From: Craspedostauros australis
Taxonomy: Eukaryota
Direction of reading: 5' to 3'
NCBI GenBank assembly: GCA_030167865.1
Contig: JALAGF010001187.1
Location: forward strand, 1 to 64,000
Length of the DNA stretch: 64,000 nucleotides
Positions 47,106-60,523 of the stretch are shown here, piece by piece. The stretch's first letter is position 1, and the number at the start of each line of letters is the position of its first letter. The notes under the pieces are model-generated. The model ran no database searches and was not told the origin of the DNA. It saw nothing but the letters and a program-made list of their open reading frames with translations. A program made the translations under genes and the position numbers.

Positions 47106-48551
47106 TCAGTTACCGTCATCATTCGCTGACACCACCTTGATCGAAACTTCGTTGAGACGACGCCACGGCGGAGTGAAAGGATCGTTGTATTGCGAGATGG
47201 AGAAAGCCATGTCCATGTCGACGCCATCCGTTGCGATACTCCATTCCTTCGACTGTTGCAACGCTTTGGATAGCTCCAGCTTACGTTCCTCTGTGCTGGC
47301 GGACGTCGCGTACCCCCCAAACATGATCGTGGCACGCGTTTCTGCCTCCTTGCGTTGCAGGGACACGCCGCTTCCGTCCAGTGGCCGCGGTGCCTCATCC
47401 AGACCGTCCCAGTACGTGCTCGGCAGAACGAATGCCATCTGCTTGGAGTTGCCCAGGGTGTCATCGCTGCTGCTATCGTCACCGTTGGATGCAGTGACAG
47501 CGGACGTGATGACCGGCGTCGTCATCTTCATTGCCGTGGACTGCTGGTTCTTGCCAAACAGGTACCCTGCCAAGGCACCGAAGGATGTGGCACCCTTCAG
47601 TTCTGGATTCTGCAGCTTGGCATCCGTGCGTGCGTTATCTGTGGGTCGGCGCGCTCCCATGCCCACTGCACAGACGGAATAGGGTTGGTACTGGCGGATT
47701 TCGATGGGCGCTCTGGTATTCGGCAGTGTGGAGATGATGTCGTACTGCGGGCTCTCCAAACCTTCCGGCATGCGCTGACGCAGACCGTCGGCGTTGACCT
47801 GGTTGGCCTCCAGAGCCTTGCGTTCCAGAAGGATGATGGCCGGTTCCTTGACCTTAGCATTGCCATCGTTATCCGCATCATCCTTGGCATCAGCAAGCAG
47901 CCTCAGCACAGACAGAAATGCACGGCGACGACGCCGTTGATCTTCTTGTGTTGGCTTGTTGTAACCAGCCTTCTTCGCGGCCTTGTCCATCGCGACCGTG
48001 GCCAGGATATCACTAGGGCTGGTGTTTCCCTCCGTCTGATTTTCCGCATTTGATGACAGCGGCGGCGGTGGAGTGACGCAGTCAATGGTGCGTGCCAAAG
48101 AAGCCATGCGGGCTCTGCGAGAGAAGCGTGCCATCCGCTTGGACTTGGTCCAGGAGGGGTAATCCCGATCGGGACCCCGTCGCAGGAGCCTGTCCAGAAG
48201 TTCATCCGTCTTGGATCTGGCGATGTCGCTCTTTCGCATCGCGACGACCTTGTTCAGAAGCTTGGCTGCGGCATCGGGATCGTTCAGAATGGCAGCTTGC
48301 AATAATGACATCCCATCGAACATCTCCAACTTGCTGCTCATGATCGTTGCAGACTTTGACGGAGAAGATGCCCGCAGCGTTGTGCTGGTGACAGCTGTTA
48401 CTACATTCCATGCATTCCATACGTTCGATGCATTCGATGTGATCGAAGTGAAAGAGGCAGAGCGGGATCCTCCAGCGGATGGAACGAAGGCATCCGCATC
48501 GTTGCTGACCAAGGCCAGAATCACGAGGGCTCCCGCCAATCTGAGCTTCAT
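47106..48551 (-). CDS. Plastid-targeted SOUL haem-binding family protein (481 aa)
   Basis: Signal peptide plus ASAFAP-type motif (MKLRLAGALVILALVSNDADA|FVPS). SOUL motifs LESPQY, EIRQY, FGALAGYLFGKN, MKMTTPV, MAFVLPS and QYNDPFTPPWRRLNEV. Confidence 0.9.
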   Translation of the reverse strand: MKLRLAGALVILALVSNDADAFVPSAGGSRSASFTSITSNASNVWNAWNVVTAVTSTTLRASSPSKSATIMSSKLEMFDGMSLLQAAILNDPDAAAKLLNKVVAMRKSDIARSKTDELLDRLLRRGPDRDYPSWTKSKRMARFSRRARMASLARTIDCVTPPPPLSSNAENQTEGNTSPSDILATVAMDKAAKKAGYNKPTQEDQRRRRRAFLSVLRLLADAKDDADNDGNAKVKEPAIILLERKALEANQVNADGLRQRMPEGLESPQYDIISTLPNTRAPIEIRQYQPYSVCAVGMGARRPTDNARTDAKLQNPELKGATSFGALAGYLFGKNQQSTAMKMTTPVITSAVTASNGDDSSSDDTLGNSKQMAFVLPSTYWDGLDEAPRPLDGSGVSLQRKEAETRATIMFGGYATSASTEERKLELSKALQQSKEWSIATDGVDMDMAFSISQYNDPFTPPWRRLNEVSIKVVSANDDGN

Positions 48552-49825
48552 CCTTTCTTCGCTACTATTATCAATCCTGCTGAGTGTTGCGAGATCTGTG
48601 CAATATTTATGATCCTCGATGCTCAACTGCTCAGTTCGCGGACTCAGTTCTCTCTGCTCTGCTCTACTCTACTCTGCTCGTATTCGTATTATTATTACTG
48701 TGGTTAGCTGACACGGATGGCAACAAATACAGTATTGGTATGATGCTGTGGAGTTGTGCTCATGGTGCTCTCGACTGATCAGTGGCATGTGCGTGCGTGC
48801 GAGTTGTTGTTGATGCGTTTGGATCTTTTGGTGGAGGAGGCAACGCTCATTGTTTTCTTCGCCCCTGACGTCACGTTGTTGGTGGAAATACTCACGATTG
48901 AACACACTCGTGAATCGAAATGGCGCGGAAGTGGGCGAAGAGACACGAAGAAGAGATCTTCCTTCCGTTTCATCATTCGTCCCAAAGATCCGACAAACGC
49001 AAGATGAGATGGTGATGTGGTGACTTGACGACATCATCTCATGGTATTGGGTCGTCCGGATTAATGCAGAATTCATCGAGACAGCACCAATCGCAGAGAA
49101 GTGGAGACGGAAGGAGAGAGAGAAAGTGAGAGTGCTTGAGTGCGCTATACATTGGAATTGGCAAGGTTGCGGTTACGGTTATGCTTACGGCAGCTCACCA
49201 GTCGAACAACAACCAACAAGCAATCCCAATCAACGGAAGGAGCACGCAGTTCACTCGCATCCATCTGGGGATGCGGCGGGCTCTTGGGATCAATGACGAA
49301 ATCGGAAGGACAGCTCGAATGTTCAACGCACACTCGGCTGTACTCTGTGTTACGGTGTACTCTAAGTACTTGTGCCATTCCATGCATGGTGATCTGCACT
49401 CTCGGAATGCAGTCTTCACCGCGTGCATGTAAAACAGAACAAGTGGAGCCTTCACAGCCTTTCGCACATGAACAGGGTGTTCCGTTGGCTGCATGAGTAT
49501 GTTGGGATATGTCAGCACATCGCTTGTCAACAGTGATCTGCCTGCGTGCCAACCGAAATGTGGTCGCCTATTCGCTGTCTTCCTGTCGAAAGGCATGCTG
49601 ATGCAGCTGCCGCTATTGGAATCGTATAATATCATATCATACTTGCTGAGCTGTAAAGGATTCCAGTGCTTGTGTACAAGGTGACGCTGTTAACAATCCA
49701 ACCTTTCTTGTCCGCCAAGGCAAATACGCGACGCAAATACCTGTAGTGATGGCAGTCATCCCGTTTTGTCTTCTTGCCATCACTGCTGCCTGCGCTGCTA
49801 CCTGCGCTGCTGCCTGTGATGTTCA

Positions 49826-51077
49826 TCACAGCTCATCTTTCGAGGCTTCTTCAGGCGGGTGCTCGGATTGGACATTTGGTTGGTGTCTGTCTCTATTGAT
49901 GTCCTCATGTTCCACTAATGTTGATGGAGAAGACGGCGAAGGGGATGGTACAGTGGAGGAGGAGAAAGAAGAAGAAGATCTTGATGATGGCGATGGTGAC
50001 GACGTGGGCGGACCAAGGTTGCCATCGATGATGAGCTTGGAGTGAAGCTTGCGAATGTTGGTCTGCTTCCATAACGTCTTGCGCACATTCCGAATGGAGC
50101 AGAGGTTGGTGTTGAGAACCTGGAGGTCCACCAATGGATCATTGTAGAGCAACCACGAAAAGACCACTGCCGCCGACCGGCCATGTCCTGCGCGGCAGTG
50201 CACGTATACCCTCTTCCCTTCCGCTTCATGGCGTTGGATGAACTTGACGGCGGACTGGGCACGGTGTGATTATGATTCAGGTGTGAATGCGACGGATGGT
50301 GCGTGCGAAGGTGAGAACGAAGAGTGCAAATACAAGTGCAAGTGCAAATACAAGCACCGCCATCACTGCATGGCCACTGTAAGTGCGGCTTGCCCCTTCC
50401 ACTCAACCATTGCAACATTGTGATCGTCATCATACCCTCCAAATGGTTGAGCACAGAAGCTGAACACCACACTGAGCAGCACTCACGATCAAGTCCTGCA
50501 GAGCGGGTTCGAAATGATCCGTCGTCGGCAGATGCAGCTCTTCCATGCCCAACTTCCGGTACAGATCCGTGGGTCCATCGTACTCCTCGCACAGGTTGAT
50601 GACCCCGTGGACGTTGTACTGTTCCCGCAGCAACCGCGGCATGCCGATGCATCGCAGCGGTGCACCGCCCATGACGACAGTATCATCGATGGGTGTGAGC
50701 CACTTTCCGATGCGACGGCCCGCGGTGATGGGCAACGTCGGCCAGAACAGGGTCTTGCTGACGAAGGCGGACAGGGGCCGATTGAGCATGTGCTTCTGAT
50801 TGAGGATGTAGAGCGCCAGCGTGATCGTCAGAAGGGACCGCAAAGAAAATGCGGCAATCTGAGGCAGCGTAGCCTGTGTGACGATGTCTTGGATGGTTGC
50901 GGTCGCATTGAACGGGTTCCACGATCCGCTGCCGCCATTATCCTCGTTGCCGCTGTCGTCGTTGGGATCATCACCATCGTGTCTTTCACGTTGCTGTGCT
51001 GACCATGGCAGCCATCCGGAGCGTGGGCTTGGATTTGGAGAAGATGATGATGCCAACAGCGTTGGATCTGCCTTCAT
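49826..51077 (-). CDS. PTPMT1: PTPMT1-like phosphatidylglycerophosphatase / dual-specificity phosphatase (339 aa, 2 exons)
   Basis: Exons 51077-50487 and 50254-49826. Motifs LFWPTLP, IDDTVVMGGAP, GVINLCEEY, LHLPTTDH and active site VYVHCRAGHGRSA. Confidence 0.85.
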
Positions 51078-51805
51078 TATGGAGGGGTGGTTGGTGGAAC
51101 GCTGATGCTCTTTCTGTGGCAGCTTAGGAGGAATGTTGTGCCTGTACACGATCGTGAAGCTGTCGCAAGAGTTAGATCGTACTGGTATTAGTATAATAGA
51201 ATAGAATAGATCGTAATGGAGTATTCCACGATCGATGAAGTGTATTGAATGTATTCCTTGTGCTTGTTTCGCTTCGTTGGTGGATCGGAGTGGGAAGCAA
51301 GTTTCAAAGAGGCTGGATGAGAGATGCGAGGAGGATTGCAATGGTGGCGGCAGTGTTTGCCTTGCGTTGTTGTCCTTGTTGTCCTTGTTGTCCTTGTTGT
51401 GGTTGGAATCCTTGTGTCTCCCTGTTGGCCATCTTTGTGTGGATACCCTTTTTGCGCGCGATTTTCTCCCAGTTCTGCAACACTCTCTGCACAAACCAAG
51501 AGGCAACTGTATCCACACTGCTTCCGAGAAGCAAGATTCACTGGGGCATCTGTTGTTGGGTGATTGCTGACGCTCGTACCCACAAGTGCAATGGTACATG
51601 CGATTCTACTGGCGTTGCAATGTTGACATCAATTATTATAATATGTATTGCATGTGGAGTTCAAGAGGAATATAATATGATACAAGACGATAGAGAGCAC
51701 CGTGATGCTCATCGTATGACAGGTTCCACCTCCATTTCCAAGTGTTGGGGACGTACGCGTACATAGTATGCATGGTACGACCCACTAATACGAGCACTGT
51801 GAACA

Positions 51806-53324
<1,519 letters not shown>

Positions 53325-54691
53325 GTTGTCTTGTGTCTTGCTGTCTTCTGCGTTGTGCTGTTTGCGTTCGCTTCAATTGAGTGCGCGTGTGGCGGAACAA
53401 ATCGAATGGAATCAGATGAAATGAGATGGAAGAGGGGATGCTGTTCCTTCTCTCCAATGCTGCTCTGCTCTGCTCTGCCTTGTCCTGTTGGAGATGGCTG
53501 ATCGATCGATCGATCGATTGGTGCAGTGGGAGGATGGTCGAGTAGAACACTACTATTAATGCTATTGCTATTCCTAATCCTAATCCTAATGCTACTGCAT
53601 CGAGCAATAGATTATGCCTGCATTGAAATATGCACTCTGTTTCTCTTTGCTCTGCGATGTTGTGGTACTTGGATACACTGTTGTGGAGTGGATCTGTTCA
53701 ACGTGGTCTCCTCCCTGTTGTTCTGTGGGGTGCCAAACTCTGTTGTCGTACTGGTACGTATCGGCACGACTATGTGTCGGCACACAGTTCCTTTTCCCTC
53801 CCTCGCTCTCCCTCTCGCTCTCTTGTTGCCGAGGCTTCTGGTGTCAACGAAGGTGAGGTCGGCTGGAGGGAAGAAAGATGAAGCGCATTCTCGTTGTTGT
53901 TTTTCGCGTTCGCAGTTACACGCCACAGCCATCTCTCGCTGGTTCCCGACGCTCTGGTTGTTGCGTCGCGTCATCGACCTCGGCGTGTCTGATTTTTGTC
54001 AGATTTCTCTGATCCTCTTCAAACTGCGATTTATTTAGAATATCAAGAATTCCAAAACGGTGGCGCGGTGTCAACGATTTGTTCTGGTTGGTGTCATGAC
54101 GTCACCGTTTTACAGGACTCGAGAAGTCGGTTTTGCACTTCCATTCACGAACATCTACGAATAGATGGACTACAAATCATGGAACCCTGAAATTGGCGGG
54201 AACCATCGTAAACAAGACTCAGTCCACGATCGAAAATCCACCCACCAACACGCGTCTGGATTCGTGGACACAACAGCATCAACAGTCGCAACACCAACAG
54301 CATCAACAACAACAACAACAGTCACAACGCCAGGCAGCAAAAGACCATCCATTCCGGAGACATCCATTGTCCTGAAGCGAGCACAGTGTCCATCCCATCC
54401 GATACCTGCAGGTCTCTCTCATGCATCCACAGCCCCGTTGATGAGCAATCCCATCGATTAAACGATCGAGAAATCATATCAATAGTATTCTACAACTGAC
54501 ATTGCATTGAATTGCATCCAACAGCCTTGATTGGGTTGAGTCATAGAATACCACACAAGACCTGCCCATACGTGCTCTGCCCACGTTCCACCCATACTCT
54601 GACACATCCAGACAGAGAAGTGAGAGTCAAGTACTCCAAACAGAATACAACACAGACAATAGAGCAATACTCTGATTGAACTTGCGCGTGA

Positions 54692-55228
54692 ATGAGCTCC
54701 CTGTCCTCACCCACACCAATGCACCAACGCAAAGCAACGACCAACAGCGGGAACAGCGTCGGCACCAGCAACAGTCGAAGCGGTCACTTTGGACGAGGCA
54801 CCAGCGGCTCCAACAACAACAACAACGGCACCAACGGCAGCAAGGCTGGCAGCATGTACAGCCGTTCAGGTTCCGGTTCCTACAACCGCGGGGACGTCGA
54901 AGGCGGCGGACGGTACAACGACACCAACGCCAACATCCTGGAGCAGCAGAACAACGACCGCATATCCGAGCTCGGCGATCAGGTTGCCAGGCTCAAGGGA
55001 TTGACGATCGACATCGGAAACGAGGTCAGGGAGCAGAACTCGCTGCTCGACTCCATGGGCGAGGGATTCATGAATACCAGGGACATGCTGGCTGGATCGC
55101 TGCAGCGTATTGGCACCATGCTCGAGACGACAGGCGGCAAGCACATGTGCTACATGGTCACCTTTGCGGTCCTCGCCATCATCTTTCTCTACTGGGTCAT
55201 GACCTTCAAGGGCAAAACAGGAGCGTAA
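54692..55228 (+). CDS. BET1-like Qc-SNARE
   Basis: SNARE heptads LEQQNNDRISELGDQVARLKGLTIDIGNEVREQNSLLDSM plus a C-terminal TM. Start 54692 or 54719. Confidence 0.88.
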   Translation: MSSLSSPTPMHQRKATTNSGNSVGTSNSRSGHFGRGTSGSNNNNNGTNGSKAGSMYSRSGSGSYNRGDVEGGGRYNDTNANILEQQNNDRISELGDQVARLKGLTIDIGNEVREQNSLLDSMGEGFMNTRDMLAGSLQRIGTMLETTGGKHMCYMVTFAVLAIIFLYWVMTFKGKTGA

Positions 55229-55245
55229 CCTCATGCCATCATCGT

Positions 55246-55246
55246 C

Positions 55247-55280
<34 letters not shown>
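55246..55280. repeat. (CAA)n microsatellite in the BET1-like 3' region
   Basis: About 11 CAA units. Confidence 0.9.
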
Positions 55281-55552
55281 TACGAGAAAGAGTGGAGTGG
55301 TACATATGAGTAGAATGACAGTTGGTACGACGCCAGTATGCCATACACAGCAACGAGGACACGCTCCCTCTCTTACCATACTTCACATCAGTTTAGATCA
55401 ATTGCTCCAGAGTATTTTACTGCTTTCGCTATCTCCAAGGGTCGTTGCCTGCCTACTATCAGTACTTGTTCTCACATCCTGATGTGGGCGCAGACGCAAC
55501 CAACCATGTATTATATGCGCGTAATAGTAATGGAGTTTACACGTTTGCTTGC

Positions 55553-57205
55553 TTACCCGCCGCGCATCCACCGGAACAGCCTCTGCAGCACATTCGCTTT
55601 CTTTTGAAACTCGAGCTCCTCCAACACGTCCTTGCGTGTCTCCCGCACCTGCGGGACGGACCACATTCCCTTCCTCCGCTTGATCGCCTCCCACTCCATC
55701 ATCCCCAAGCGTTCCATGTACTCCACGTCTCTCCGCTTCGTCTTCACATCCTGCGCCGCATCCACCACCTTGCTCGTGGCAGCGGTTGCGATCCCCTCAT
55801 CCACAATGGCATGACCCGATGCGATCAACGATTCCGCTACGTCCGTGGGATACAGCTGCAAAGCTCTTTGACGATGCCGCAATCGGCAGATGGCCTGCTG
55901 GCCTTGCACGCTGCGTTCCACCAGCAATTCATCATGCTGCGCTTCTCCCACTGCAAACGACGATGGCGGGGTTGCACTCACATGTGTGTTCGCATCGTCG
56001 TCTGTGGGTATCAACACGCGTCGGCTCATCAGTTGCAGAGATACGAAGGCGTTGTCGCGCTGGAAGGACTCCAGTGCCTGAGAGGCTCGATATTGCTGCG
56101 CCGGGATGGTCGATGGTCTCACTCCAGCTGCCAACAGATAGAACGGTGCGGATTCATGTTGCCACGAAGACCGTGATGCAACATGTAGTATGATGGAGCG
56201 ATGTCATGCGTGGGCAGGACGACGAAAGAGAGAGAGAGAGCGGTGTTGGGTGAGAGATACATTGAGTGTGCATGCGGTGTGCATGTACGATGCGATGCCC
56301 TTCATACTCCACTATGCCAAAGCACAAGCATTGGTGGAGTGGAGCACCCCGACGCACAGAAGGAGCGCTCACCTAATTCAATGACCAAATCCTTGCTGGA
56401 ACCAGCGTTGATGGATGGCACAATCTCAGCAGGATTGTATCGCATCAACGTCTGCAACCACGTCTTTGGCAATAGCATGCCGATTGGCGACAGGTGCCGC
56501 ACGTTGAGCTGTATCGAGCGGTCGCTGACGGTCACGTTCATCACCCGTCCGTACAGCGTCTTGCGCCGGCGAAAGTAGGATGCTGTTATTGTTATGGTTC
56601 ACCCATGGTTGGTTTGGTTTCGGCCAGGTGAAGTGAAGTGAAGCGTAGGCAGAGCAAGTGATGAATAATATTATATTATGATAGAGTTCAAGCGCAAGTG
56701 GGTGATCGAGTGAGTCAGCGAGTCAAGGAGAGACAGAACGAATGGACAGCCAATCTATGATCTGCAATAGCGCTCGTACTCGTGGTTGCAGATCTCCACA
56801 ATGGTCTCCACGATGGTCTCCATGACGATGACCACCGCCATCATCGTCATCATCATCATCATCGCTATCATCACCATGACAATGATAATGACACTCACAG
56901 GGGATCTCCGCAACGCTGTGATATCGAAAGAAGAGGGGAGTGTTGGAGACACCGTAGGCAGTGAGGAGCGCGACCGACGCCATGACGCCGAACCTGGCGA
57001 CGATGAGATTGTCATTGATCAATGCTGAGAAGGAGTTCATTTGATCCCCGATCATCTTCCGGATGGATGGAGATGAGGGTGGCATGACGTTGTTGCTGTC
57101 CACGCTGTTGCTGTTGTTGTTGTTGTTGCGGACATCAACATGGTTGGCATCACCTGCCTTGCGCGAGTCTGTGCTCGTGTTCATGCTCGTGGATGAGGGA
57201 TCCAT
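55553..57205 (-). CDS. C3orf33-like membrane-anchored protein with a staphylococcal-nuclease-like OB fold (363 aa, 3 exons)
   Basis: Exons 57205-56899, 56582-56373 and 56127-55553, phases consistent. TM helix, then RYHSVAEIP|SSYFRRRKTLYGRV, VIEL|AGV, DVAESLIASGHA and EWEAIKRRKGMWS, an SNase-type C-terminus. Confidence 0.7.
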
Positions 57206-58468
57206 CGTGATGCTCTGGATATTGCTTGGTTGCTTGCTCACCAAGGCTGATGCTGTGCAGGTGTGGAGTTGCGTTGGAGTGCTCGTATGCTGTTGTACTC
57301 TTGTTTGTTGTACTTGCGCTCGGACCCCATTCGCTGAGTGCGTGCTATTCTTCAGCGTATGTATGTCCTCTTGCTCTAGGTCGTATTCTACTCTACTCTG
57401 CTCTGCTCTAGTCTATTCTACACAATAGATGATGCTGTCGGGTTGTTGTCGTTTGTGAATGTTTTGTGTTACGAGATGTGAGTTAATGATTGAGCTGCGA
57501 GCATGTACAAATGTGCTGCTCGCTGTCGCTTTCCTTGTTATGATGTATGGTTTCGCAGCCTGTTTACTGTAATAGTATGAGTATGGCATGTACGGGTCTT
57601 GTGTTGTATGAGTATTGTATTGTGTTGTATGAGTATTGTGCTGGTAGATGTATCTGCACGCTAGGTTGCTGTGCCTGGTGTCCTACCATGTATTGTTGTG
57701 AATGATGTGATGTATGTGATGCATGTGCTGCGTCGTGTCCTGACAGACTGTGCCGCCGTTAACGATCTTGTTCTTGGTCGGAGAAGAGAGGTCTCCACCG
57801 GATCCCTGGTTGGAAGCAGAGCGGCGCTGTTGGATGTTGGGTATCAGTCGCCGTCTCAGCTGCTGCCTTGTCCTGAGTTGCCTGGCTGTTGCCGTTGTGG
57901 TGCCTCGATGCGCCATCTTGGTGATTGCCGTCGCTGCTCTCTCTGTTCGCTTCGTGCGGGTTCGCTCTGAGAATCCTTTGCGTCCCCTCGCTCGCCGTGC
58001 TTCGGGTCCATGAAGTCGTGAGTATCATGAGTTCGTCATGGAGGATGGCAGAATTTCAGAAGCTTTCCCTTTCCGATGTCCCTGTGCTTTCTCCGCTGTC
58101 CCTTTGCACAAGACCCTTAGTCTCCCCGTTGAGCGGATTGAGTACCGATGTGAGGACAAAGGCAAAACAGACCTCCGACACTTCGGTGATGCTGGTGATC
58201 ATGGACGATGGATGATCGCTGCGCTGATGCTCGTTACAAGGCCTCCGGCGTGCCTGCCTTCACATGTTCGCCGGAGTTTCCAATTCGCGCGCCATTTGGC
58301 ATGTATTTGTCTTGTTGGTGAGCATAACGATGTGGCGTCGTGTGACAAACTCCCATGCGCTGTGCACATGGTGCTGTGCGCATGGTTCTCTGTCGCATCG
58401 CAATCGTAGACCCCTGAGCCGGTTGTTGCTTGCTAATGACGAGATGCTTTCAGAGGATAGAGCTTGCT

Positions 58469-59035
58469 CTACGCATTGTCATACTTGCGTGCGATGTGCT
58501 GATCCCTCAACGCTCGCAGGTGAGCATCGGACTGGCATCGATGGGAGTAACCGTAGTAGACGTCGGCCATGAGCTCGGTGTCGCACACGCCCTCATCCCG
58601 CTGCAGCTCTTGCTCGTCCAGCACGGCATCGCGGGCACGCTGCTTGTTCTTGCGCCTTCGCACGGTGCCTGGCCCGTAGCTGCCTTCCAGACCGCGCACG
58701 CTGTACTGCTTGTCGTCCTCGTCGATCTTCTTGCCCTCCTTCAGCATCTTCAACGTCGCCAGGTTGTCCATCTTGATCCTCTTGTAGTCCTTCTCCACAC
58801 ACCAGGTGGCATGGAACTCGCTGTCGCTGTAGTTGAACACATGCAGCACGGGCCGCACGCTCACGGTCTTCGAGAACGTCACGCTGCGCTTCGGCATCAC
58901 CAGCTTGTTCCTGGCTGTGGACGTCGGTGACTGCGCCAATTGCTTCTTCATGGCCGAGCCGTGGTTCAGGCCGGTGGATGTGGTGCTCTGCAAGCTGCGG
59001 CTGCTGCCGCTGTCCGATTCGACGAAGACGACCAT
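58469..59035 (-). CDS. Hypothetical protein of a diatom-expanded family (188 aa)
   Basis: Coding-like codon bias. Family pattern RSVTF..V.V...SE..ATW....Y..I...RGLE...AVLDEQ..QR..G...Y...S...A..RA..D. Confidence 0.75.
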   Translation of the reverse strand: MVVFVESDSGSSRSLQSTTSTGLNHGSAMKKQLAQSPTSTARNKLVMPKRSVTFSKTVSVRPVLHVFNYSDSEFHATWCVEKDYKRIKMDNLATLKMLKEGKKIDEDDKQYSVRGLEGSYGPGTVRRRKNKQRARDAVLDEQELQRDEGVCDTELMADVYYGYSHRCQSDAHLRALRDQHIARKYDNA

Positions 59036-60523
59036 CTTCTGCTTCTATCTATCGCTTTAGTCTGTGTAACTGATGCTGTGGTTGCTGAATATATGATTCT
59101 ATGAATATGTGGATGTGTGGATGTGTGGATGGTTGTTGTTGTTGTTTGTTTCTGTCGTTGGTACTGGTGTTGTTGGTACTGGTGTTGGTGCTGGTGTTGC
59201 CTCCACAGGTTGTCTGGTTTTGTGTTGCGATTGCCACAACAACAACAACAACAACAACATCGCAAACACCGTGTCCTTCGGAATTAACACCCAACGTGTT
59301 GAATTTACGTCTTCATCGGGCACGCTTCCTCCCGCTCTTTGGGCTATTATTCTCCGTGTGTTTCTAGTGCGGGAGTACGCTGCCCCAGCTTCTCTTTGTG
59401 ACCCGATAAGTGACGGGCAGCAACGCGCTGTGTCAAAACGCGCTTCTTTGTCGCCTTCTGCTTGTGCGACGTTTCAACGAAGCGAGGAACATTCTCTCCA
59501 CACACACACAAGTGCCCCAACAACGACAACCAAGAGGTCCAAGCAACTCCTATGACCACCTTCGTCCAAACACGGGAATGGCAAAACAACGTGGGCAGAC
59601 GATGATGCGTCTCGAGCAACCTCGCCAAGACACTCGCAATGGCCCACACAAACACCGAAGCAACAACAACAACAAACAGCAAGCACGACGGAGCAATAGC
59701 AGCGAACGACATCACGTTGGGCACAAACCGCAAACCCTGAAATCCCGCGGCAAGACCAATGTGGCGCTTCAATTACAGTTATCGTTAAGTGTTCGAGGTA
59801 CCGTTCGCTTCCTCATGAGAGCACGTTTGTTTGTGATTCAACTAGTAGGAATACGCGTACCCTTCCGAGCTTTTGTCATTGATGACTCCACAATTCCCCT
59901 TTCGGGACACAAAAGAAAAGACAAACAAGACACAACATTTTCGCAACCTTTGGAAGAACCGAAGGTTTCCTTCTACCCATCAGACATGTCAATCCGGACA
60001 TTAGGCTTATGCGAATGAAGAACATCGGGCTTCTTTCCAAACGTCCTGAGACCAACCAGAAAAGGATCATTTGTGCACTTCGATCTGAAACTGGCCATAA
60101 AGGACTAACTAACAATATCCTGTGGTACCATTTCCATTTTATTCAACGTGGTACTCTGTTCGCTTCGATTTTGAGTCGTGCATGATGTGTAAACAATGAG
60201 TAATAATAATATTACCTCATCTCCGAATACGAAACAAGGGATTGGGCAGACAATCAACGTCAAGCGTTGAGAAATGATGAGTCGCCAACTTGCGTGTGCA
60301 CTCGTAGTGGTACGGTACATGCGAGGGGAGAGAGAGAGAGAGTCATCATCACTTGATCTTCATGAGTGTGATTTGCATGGTTGCGCTCTTTCTCTATTTA
60401 CAGCACCGTACTATTACAATATAATACTATTACTGGTAGATTTCGTGCAGAGTATTCTGCTCTGCTCTACGCTACTCTGCTCTACTCTCCTCCTCCCTCG
60501 TCGAAAGTTGGATGAGCATGTTA

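Noticed and set aside
57683..58215. Short ORFs between the C3orf33-like and hypothetical genes
   Set aside because: No motif, no consistent splice model and no clear coding bias.
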